A stretch of 64,000 nt of DNA from Octopus vulgaris (Eukaryota): positions 23,746,001 through 23,810,000 of the forward strand of contig OX597836.1 of the NCBI GenBank assembly GCA_951406725.2. The letters run 5' to 3'. Below are positions 54,995 to 64,000 of this stretch, piece by piece. Below the pieces are notes generated by a model. It was not told where the DNA came from. It did no database searches and was given only the letters and a program-made list of their open reading frames with translations. The position numbers and the translations under genes were made by a program. Position 1 is the first letter of the stretch. Each line of letters begins with the position of its first letter.

Positions 54995-55894
54995 TTGGGT
55001 CACCCCATAAATAATGCGGCTTTTTCAGTTGCATGAACTAAAAGTAGGAGGGCGATGGTATAAACTACCTGCATTAACTTGCTATAAAAGTGGGATGGAA
55101 ATATAACTTTGTCATTATTCTTAGTACAAGTCTTGAAGAATGCAGTTCGATTTTAACAGTTATTTTTTCAAAGCTATAATGGAAGTGACAAAGGAGCACA
55201 TTCAACATATTTTGCTTTATGAGTTCAATAAAGACACCAACGCAGCGGTAAGTGCGAGGAATGTTAATGCAGTATATGGGGATCGGACAATAAGCATAAT
55301 CCAGTGCCAATTGTGTTTTCAGAAATTCCGAGTCGCAAACTACAGTCTAGAAGATCTGTAGAGCTGCACGAGGACGTCCTGCAAACTTTGCTGGAGCAAA
55401 ATCCCATCGTAACTGTTGAGGAACTAGTAGAGAAGCTTGGATTTGGTCATTCAACCATTTATCGACAACTGCGTACCATCGAAAAACGAATGTCTTTAGT
55501 TTCAAGATGAAAGGTGTTCTTCCAAGCGGATAAAGCTCGGCCACATACAGCGAGGATGACATTCCAAAGGCTGGAGCAGTTTGAATGGGCAACGATGCCC
55601 CACCCACCATATTCGCCGGACATCGCTCCCTCTGATTATCACTTATTCCGCAGTCTTCAAAGTCATTTGGACGGAAAAATAACTTTGTTGAGTTCAGAAC
55701 AGTGGAGGAGTACTTTTCGCCACGGACAAGTGAATTTTGGGGCAAGTGAAGAGGGGCCTTGCAAGTTTAACAGAGAGATGGAAGAGCATTCTAGTAAATG
55801 AAAGAGAGTATATTTTTGATTGAAAAAGAACTTTGTTCATCTTAATTTTGAAATATAAAAGTATAAAAAACCGCATTATTTATGGGATAACCCA

Positions 55895-55895
<1 letters not shown>
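54995..55895 (+). mobile_element. Internally deleted mariner (901 bp)
   Basis: TIRs TTGGGTCACCCCATAAATAATGCGG / CCGCATTATTTATGGGATAACCCAA, TA flanks. MEVTKEHIQHILLYEF..; DKARPH..HPPYSPDIAPSDYHLF. The first catalytic D region is missing. Confidence 0.93.
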
Positions 55896-55926
<31 letters not shown>

Positions 55927-55989
55927 TTGTGTGTGTGTGGGTGTGTGTATGTGTGTGTGTGTGTGTGTGTATGTAGGTGTATATATATA

Positions 55990-56157
55990 TGTCCCCGTCT
56001 CTTAGCGGTTCGGCAAAAGAGACCGATAGAATAAGTACTGGGCTTACAAAGAATAAGTCCCGGGGTTGATTTGCTCGACTAAAGGCGGTGCTCCAGCATG
56101 GCCGCAGTCAAATGACTGAAACAAGTAAAAGAGTAAAAGAGTAAAGAGTAAAGAGTA
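55990..56157 (+). mobile_element. SINE family B 3' half with (GTAAAAGA)n tail
   Basis: Reverse-complement match to 940-1030 and 51000-51145. Confidence 0.75.
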
Positions 56158-57099
56158 TATGATGATGATGATGATGATGAAAGAGAATTATTATGAGTGA
56201 ACATTATTATGGGTATGAAATTTATGAACAATTTCTAGATAAGTACTTTTCCTTGTTATATAGACTTCATGTCTTAGAAACACATGCCAGCTATAATTTT
56301 GTTTCAGAAAGGATTTATATTAGTTACGGTATTACGAACATCGTTAATTGATAGAGAAGCAGCTGCAGCAACAACAACAAAAAAGGATGGAGGAAACGCA
56401 GCCTTTTTTTATTTCTATATCTTAATGAGTTTAAGTATAATAGTAACAGCTGGTAAACTTTTATTCCTAAAAACATCTTTGATGGTATTTTTAGGAAAAT
56501 ATTCAAGAAGATTATCCTAATTTTGCCCTAGAATTGTATTCAAAATGTTGCTCAATATAAGAATCGATACATTCGAATAGAATAGTGTCTAAAATGTTGA
56601 GTATTGAAACATTTGACAATGTGTAAAAACAGCTTTAGTAGACGAGAAATAGTTTAGGGTTAACTGAGGGAAAACTTTTGTTCTACGTCCCAGCAGAATT
56701 ACTAATTCTTTCTCATTTATAACCTGAAAAAATTTAGATACAGGGAAAGTTACGGAGTTCATCTTTTCCAAGGTCATTATTTACTATAATGGTTTCATAA
56801 TGGTTAAATTTGCCTGAGCAGATGGTCAGCTTCTAGAGGAGTCGAGTGAAATATAGTCGAATGACTGTATCCTGGTATGTCATTTTTAATCAGCCTGGAG
56901 GATTTGAATTCAGAATGTTGAGGTACGGAGAGGTTAAGGATAAGTATTGATTCATCCAATTTACTAGTAAATAAAGCTAAATAGCAGTTATATTGATACT
57001 AGGAGGAGGTAAACTGATGTCATAAGATATGTTTTTTTCTCATGAATATTAACTAGATAAATAATGGACAATGCTTTCTGATATCAGCATAACGCCAGT

Positions 57100-57510
57100 A
57101 ATTCTGGGGGAAGGGGAATGATCGATACCAGTGAATCCAGTACTTGACATGTACATTATTATAACAACTCCGAGGGGATGAAATGGCGTGATTTGAACAC
57201 AGAAGGCAAATAACCGGAGTAAATGCTGCAATTCAATTCTTTCCAACGCTCTAACGAATCTGCTAGCTAGCCGCCTTATAAATAACCCTTTCCACAATAG
57301 ACATAACGCCTGAAATTTTGAAGGAGGAGGAAAGTCGATTATATCGACACCAGTGCTCAACTGTTACTTATTTTATCGACCCTAAAAGGATGAAAGGCAA
57401 AGTCGACGCCGGCGGAATTTGAACTCAGAACATAGCAACGCACGAAATGCCGCTTAGCAGTGTGTCCGACATGCCAACGATTCTTTCAGCTCCCCACCTT
57501 AGCCGCCTTA
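57100..57510 (-). mobile_element. Two tandem family-A SINEs (57100-57278 decayed, 57285-57500)
   Basis: GGATGAAAGGCAAAGTCGAC..GGCGGAATTTGAACTCAGAA motif. Confidence 0.7.
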
Positions 57511-60500
57511 TAGATGATGAGAAATTAAAATAGGAAATTAGCATATGATATCACAAACCATTAGGCATATAATTTTACTGGTTTAGTCTTGTTTTTGTTA
57601 ACGATAGTAGCTTGATATTTTGCCACAAAATGAAATGAGAGAAAAATATGCAAAATTTACACGTTTCTCGAGTGTTTCATTAATTTAAAGTAAATCTAAT
57701 CGTAACGAATGAGAAATTATGCAGCATATTCATTTATGAGTTTACTTCTAACTATATTTACTTCATTACAAATGTGGCGTCACGTAACAACTCACAAAAT
57801 AATTGTTATACACAGTTTCAGATTCATTGATAACAAATCGGCATAAAGGCTGAAATTTTAGTGGAGGGAGCTAGTCGATTACATCAGCATCAGTGCTCAA
57901 CTGATATTTAATTCACAGACTCACAGTGCAAAGCCGGGCAAAATGCTAATACGAAATTTGTCCGGAGTACTAACGATTCTGAACTAAATGCATAAATGCA
58001 TGAAAATAACGAACACTACATAGAATTATGGTTTATTCTGGGGTGTGAAATATGATGCCTAGGATAGAAACACTGTTCTTCAAAGAAATTTTGATGTTTC
58101 AGGATTCTTCTTTGGCTTTATTCCCTTGACACCTGCGCCTTAAAATTTTTACTCCATTTAGAGATGACATCATATCTTAAGTGATAAGATGCCATCTCAA
58201 AATGAAGTAATTTAAAATAAATATTTCATTTATTTAGTGTTTGCTGTGTAAGATAAATTCCATGCAAACTTCTGTTAGTATATCTGTGACAATTACATTT
58301 GCGAAACCCACTGCATTCAAACTACAAGGGAATATAATCATTGCTAGCTAACAAAATATCAGTTTTATAGTGTTGACACTGCTTATGACTAGGATGTGTA
58401 TCTTTAACTTGGTGAACTTCAAGCTATTGAAGGTTTATCTCAAGACTGAATCCATGATAAGGTCGATCAGTTTATTTGTTCGCAGATCGGTTCCATATTA
58501 ATGTTACAATTTACTCCTTATCAACTCACCAGTTTTTGTTATGCACAATTATTATTCTGCTCGTCTCCGAAGATTTACTAATCCATTTTGTTAGTGTTTG
58601 ATGGTCCTTATTTGTAAATTTAATGTCATCAACCAAATTCAAATACATGAATGCGTTTTTCATGTAGTGCCTCTTTATCATTGAACATTATTTGGATATT
58701 CTCAATTTAGTTTGCTCAAACACAAAATGGAATTCTTTTATTTCTTTAACAGAATCAAATAGAGGTTTATCATACACACATTTCGTTTATATAAGATAGT
58801 CAACAGGAGTTTCTTTTCACTACCTATGGTGTTAAATGAAATATGCAATGCAAGTACTGAATGCCAGTCTGTTGCAAGTAACTTTTCTTGCAGGCTGAAT
58901 TGTGTTCAGTACTGCAAACGAATGACACTCTAACCAATTTTGCAGTGGTAGCTTACACAAACCGTTGGCATATAATTGCAGCCGGATGGAAGCGGGAGTT
59001 CACCGCAGACACAATAAGGTTGCCGGTGACCCTTATTATGCCTGTGGTATCTCAATCAATTAATGACTCAGTCATTTGCTATCTCGCTTGGTCTGTATGC
59101 TTCTTTTTCCGAACACACACATGGCGCGCGCGCACACACATACACACATACATACACACTCGCAAACATACACACGCACACACGCACACACGCACACACA
59201 TGTGAATACGTGCATACACTATGCAATAACATACAAATACCCGCACGCAGACACACTGCATATATACATAGGCATGCATGCATGCATGTATGTATGTATG
59301 TATGTATGTATGTATGTATGTATGTATGTATGCAAGTATGTATGTTCTTCTCTTTCTATTTTTAATTTAGAGTAAATTTTGACTGACCACTAATTGGGAG
59401 CAAGGCTGTGAAGGAAAGCATCTTGTTTTGCACAACATCCTTTAAATCTTAAGGTTTTGATAATTTTTATAGTTCCAGATATCGTGATCACTTTTAGTGT
59501 ATGAATTAAGGTTTTGCGTTTACTCTTGAAGAATCCAAGTTCACACATACTCTGCTCCAGACGGGTTAGTATGTATCCTGTCACTCCAGTAATAATATAC
59601 ATGAAACTAAAAATGTATGTTGGCTAGTGGATTTGCAAATACCTTATTAATGGTTCATAAATATCCCCTTTCACTTGTATTTTTCAAACCACATTGGTCT
59701 CCCCAGGGTAGATCATTTCCACAATAGAACGTAACTTTTCTTTGTGGTCCCACACAATAATATCTGGCTGCTTGTGTTCTAACTTGGTGGCTGTTTTAAT
59801 ATTTAGGTTCCACCAATATTCTTTTGAATATTCTTTCGAATCGTCAACTTCCTTTGTAGCTATTTTCTTTTTTGTTATCTCGTTATAGACCGACATGGCT
59901 ACTGTATCACAGGAATGTCTGAAATACATTTTCTTACAGTTGGCAATAATGTGATCGATGCCTTTAGTCTTGGTCTTGCACAGCCTACATGTCTGTCAAA
60001 GTTTTCTGCCTGTGGTGCTGTAGATACTTGGTAGGGATCTCTTGTTCTTGAATTGCATGGCGGTAGCCGTCAAAGTGGTATGTCATAAACTTGTTGGTGC
60101 TCCATGCTAAGCATATAACATGATCAATCCAGTACATTTTTCGTCTTATTCATGCTAAGTACCCTTGTACTGTCTTTACACTGAATTCGACCATATTTAA
60201 AAATTTTTTTTCTGATAAATAGATTTTACCAATGCTTCGTGGGGAGAGCCCTGTATCAGCTCTTATTTCATACGTATCCTCAATTTCATTAGCTATTCTA
60301 ATTACGTCATTAATTTCTTTGACGTAAACTTAGGCGAGATAGTTACTAGTCTCTTTCCTCTGCTGCAGATGTTTTAGTGTCACAATACGTGCTTCGTATG
60401 ACGTCAATACAGAATTGAGACTACGACTACCAGCGTTGCGTGGGAAGTATAGACTGTCTACAACTTCATTAATATTGAAATTTCCTGTTAAACTGAGCAA

Positions 60501-62004
60501 CTTGCAAGTTCGAACATCTGTCTCATTGAGTTCTTGTAGTGACTAGTTCGGAAGGCCAAACATAGGTGTGAGGACGCACTGCAAAGGACAGACAGATATA
60601 AGTGTAAGATATGCACTGCAATTTACTTGTAAGCTGAGCTCTGACGACCAATTTCTCTTCACACTTCTGAGGTTTTCATTCCTGGCCCTCTCCTTATTTA
60701 TAGGACCATAATGTCTGACATTATCATCTTGTCCAAGTTACCTATAATTGTCACTTGATGTAGAGGTTGTATTGTTAAGCAGCTCATTTTAAGGTTTTCA
60801 GAGGAAGACACTATTTTTCCGCGTCTTATTGTCAAAAATACACATTTTGATTCATCAACTTTCATTCCAATGTCTATGGAAAATTGGGTAATAAGGTCCA
60901 ATTGATTTTTTTATATAGTTGATATAAAAATGATGATACTTCTGGATCCATTTCTGTGTCCACGATGTTTTGTGAGCAGGTATAATAGTGCGTTTAATGA
61001 GAGGACGAAGAGCAACGCCAATGGGCTATCATCCTAAATTATGTCTTTTTGATAGTGTTGTGTGGACGCCCCCAGACTATGAAGTAGACTAGCCCAATAC
61101 GTAGATATAGAGGGAGAAGTCTAGACGTCGAGTAGCAGAGTAGAGCGAGTAGAGGCATCCGAACGTGCGACATAACAGATAGTAAATGCTATCCGACTCA
61201 ATTAGCTCCTTATCACTCCTAAGGAGCACAATGGTATACCAAGTCTTGGTCAGCCCGTTCAGTAGCACTCACTAATGATTGTGGGACTTAGGCTAACTGT
61301 AAAGCCCTGATAATGCACCCATGTACGCTATCAAAAGCCTTCTATTAGTCCAGCCGTACTACGGTTAAGTTTCCGCGATTTTTTACTGTTTTTCTTGGAT
61401 GGTTTTATTAATTAGTATCGCTTCTTTCCTCCACATTGATCAGATGCCATAATGCTGTTGGCAGAACAATGATTATGCAAGATCAGAGAGAAGCACCCAG
61501 TGTATTATATGTACATGATGTTCTGACAGGTTATTGGGCGGTAATTTTTAGCATGGGTGGTTTGGCTATTCTTGGAATTGAGTAGAATAGTTGTAGTTGC
61601 TAACCATTAGGGTAGCTCTTGTGTTCTCTTGATAATTTCTCCATACAACAGTATAAGAACTCGCCAACAAAATGTATAATTGTACGGTCAGTGGTTTATT
61701 ATGAGGTCTGGGACTGGCGATTTCCTGTTAGATATTTCCTGTAGAACAGTTTACAGTATTTCGTCCTCTATTTCATACTACTTTTGCTGGACATGCTGAT
61801 AGCAGTCCTGCTCCAGTTCTTTTAGCAATATAGCTTGTTGTTGAATATTTGTTTCCCATACAGATCTCCAGTAGCCCTCAACCTGATCTTTGCGGATGTG
61901 TCTTTTACAGATATTGAGCCTTTTGCCCTGAAACCGCGATAAACTGACTTGGTATTTCTGGCAAATGATTTATTGAGCATTTTCTGTTTTATGTCGTAGA
62001 TTTA

Positions 62005-63215
62005 CGAGGGGCGTTCAATAAGTAATGCCCCTGACCCACTTGCAGTTGTTTGATCTAGCTGAAATTTTGCATGTGCACTTATTTATACCTCTATAGATGA
62101 AGTAGTGAATTACAGCTCTGAACTAATTGTGGTTTCTGATTTACAGGTGTTTGAACTGAGTCAAGTGTGAAATGGAGCCTGTTGAGTGTCGAGCAGTGAT
62201 CTGGTTTTTGTATTTGAAAGGACGCACACCACGGGAGACTTTTGATGAAATGAAAGTAACTTATGGTGATGATGCCCCATCATATGACCTTGTAAAACGC
62301 TGGCATTGTGAATTCAAACATAGTCGGAACTCTGTGGAAACAGCTCCCAGATCTGGTTGCCCCCTTCTGCCGTTGATGAGACGTCTGTCCGCCAAGTTGA
62401 GGCTGCCATTTTGGAAGGTCAACGCATAACTATTCGCCAAATAGCCCATAAGGTCAAGGTTAGTACCGGGTCTGTGGAAACTATCATTCATGACCATTTG
62501 CATATGCAAAAGGTGTCTGCCAGATGGATTTCCAGGTTGCTCACACCTTTCCAGAAGCAAGAACGCGTTGAGTGCTCGAGGATGAATTTGGAGATGTGCC
62601 AAGAAGATGAGTCAAAATTTTTCAAAAGACTGATTACACAGGATAAAAACTGGGTCCATCACTATGATCCAGAGACCAAAGCCCAGTCAATGCAGTGAAA
62701 GCACCGTGACTCACCTCCTCCAAAGAAGGCAAGGGTGCAGCCCTCCGCTGACAAGGTTATGCTCACAGTCTTCTGGTACCAGGACGGAGTAGTGATGACA
62801 GATTTCCTGGCTATCAAAATCAAGAGGCGGGGCAAGATCAGCAAAGGCATCCTCCTTCTGCAGGACAACGCTCCGCTCCACAACTCGCGTGTCGCCAGAT
62901 CAGAAGCACAGGCGTGGAGCTATGAACTCCCCCCACTTGCACCCTCTGATTTTCACCTCTTCCCAGCCATGAAGTTGATTTTGAAAGGAAAGCGTTTCCC
63001 AGATGATGCAGCCTTGATTTCTGAAGTCACGTCGTGGTTGGAGGACCAAGCTGGGGTCTTCTACAAAAACGGTCTCCAGAGCTGTATCAAACGATGGGAG
63101 AAATGCATAACTCTGGGTAGTTCCTATGTAAGAAAAGACTAATAACTGTGCCAAGTGTCGTTGCTCTACTGCTATAGGAAGTGGGTCAGGGGCATTACTT
63201 ATTGAACGCCCCTCG
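62005..63215 (+). mobile_element. Mariner transposon with perfect 37-bp TIRs nested in a LINE
   Basis: CGAGGGGCGTTCAATAAGTAATGCCCCTGACCCACTT and its exact reverse complement; TA TSD. Confidence 0.95.
62172..63142 (+). pseudogene. Mariner transposase with frameshift, stop and deletions
   Basis: MEPVECRAVIWFLYLKG.., KVSARWISRLL, ITQDKNWVHHYDPETK, LLQDNAPLH, LAPSDFHLFP. Confidence 0.92.
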
Positions 63216-64000
63216 TATATTTCAGTTTTTCAGCTGCAACTGTGAGTTGTTTAAGCTAGTGCAGTTTGGAGTTAGGTTTTTGAATCATGTAGCATGAAAT
63301 CGTCTCTCTAGTTTTTTTTTCTCTTTTTTTCTCTTTTTTTATATCGTGTGAAATTGTTCTCTGTGTTACGTTTCATAACCACAATGATCTCTGAGATTCT
63401 TTTTTGCAGAAATAAAATTTAATTTTTTAAGTTACGAGCCCATGTTTGTTCAAGCTTTCTGCTTGAATCTCGTTTTCGTGTCTTCAGCTCTTTGCAATAC
63501 ACTAGTAATGTAATAGCTAAGACATATATGAAAAGGTTAACGTTTTAGTAGATTGGTTTTATACCTCTAGACTGTGTGGTCTTCAGATATTTGTTTGCTA
63601 TTTCATTTACTGATTCTAACTCTAATTTACTAGTTTCGTTACTTATACTAGTGTTGTTTGACCTGTCATCCAGATCACTTATAAGGTGTCCACAAGGTTT
63701 TGGTGTTCTGTTTGTACAGAATAAGTATGGATTTCAACAAAATTGTTGGTGTGTTGGTTACTGTTAGCTAGATTCAGCTTGCCTTGTGTCAAAAATTGAA
63801 ATCTACATTTTGCATGTTGCCTTAATATGAGCAGAGTTAAATAGTCTGAGTATCGGCCTAACTATCACAGTCACCATGTCCTGTGTATGTATGTATGTAA
63901 GTATGTCCTGTGTATGTATGTATGTATGTATGTATGTATGTATGTATGTATGTATGTATGTATGTATGTATGTATGTATGTATGCATGCATGCGTGCGTG

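Larger units (their letters stand above)
59350..63800 (-). mobile_element. Long decayed R4/Dong-type LINE, interrupted by a mariner, in (CATA)n context
   Basis: SPVPDL, KNYRPITCQN, RRLLIAYM (KAFD region), FSIDIGMKVDESKC, DSLYFPR, AIQEQEI, CRLC..IDHIIANC, HKQPDIIVWD, ISGTIKIIKT. Confidence 0.82.

Overview
AT-rich eukaryotic DNA saturated with microsatellites and transposable elements. The SINE families and the (TA)n/(CATA)n/(CA)n landscape suggest an octopus/coleoid cephalopod genome (inference). I found no convincing host protein-coding gene; most ORF-track entries are read-throughs of simple repeats. Identifiable content: five decayed mariner (DD34D) transposons, about eight R4/Dong-type RLE LINE remnants plus one HERO-like fragment, a Chapaev3-like transposase remnant, a long-TIR MITE with an 8-bp TSD and internal telomeric repeats, many tRNA-derived SINEs, and one diverged tRNA-Leu(CAG). 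The most interesting signal is about a dozen minimal type-I hammerhead ribozyme motifs (CYGANGA..stem II..GAAA..palindromic stem III..UH) from at least six sequence families. They lie in short non-coding elements, mostly within (TA)n tracts, and several form large fold-back palindromes or flank inverted duplications of neighbouring DNA. This fits a diverse population of non-autonomous Penelope-like or retrozyme-like elements, and paired copies show compensatory stem changes. Retroelement classes also appear to partition among microsatellite types: (TA)n, (AAT)n and (CATA)n.
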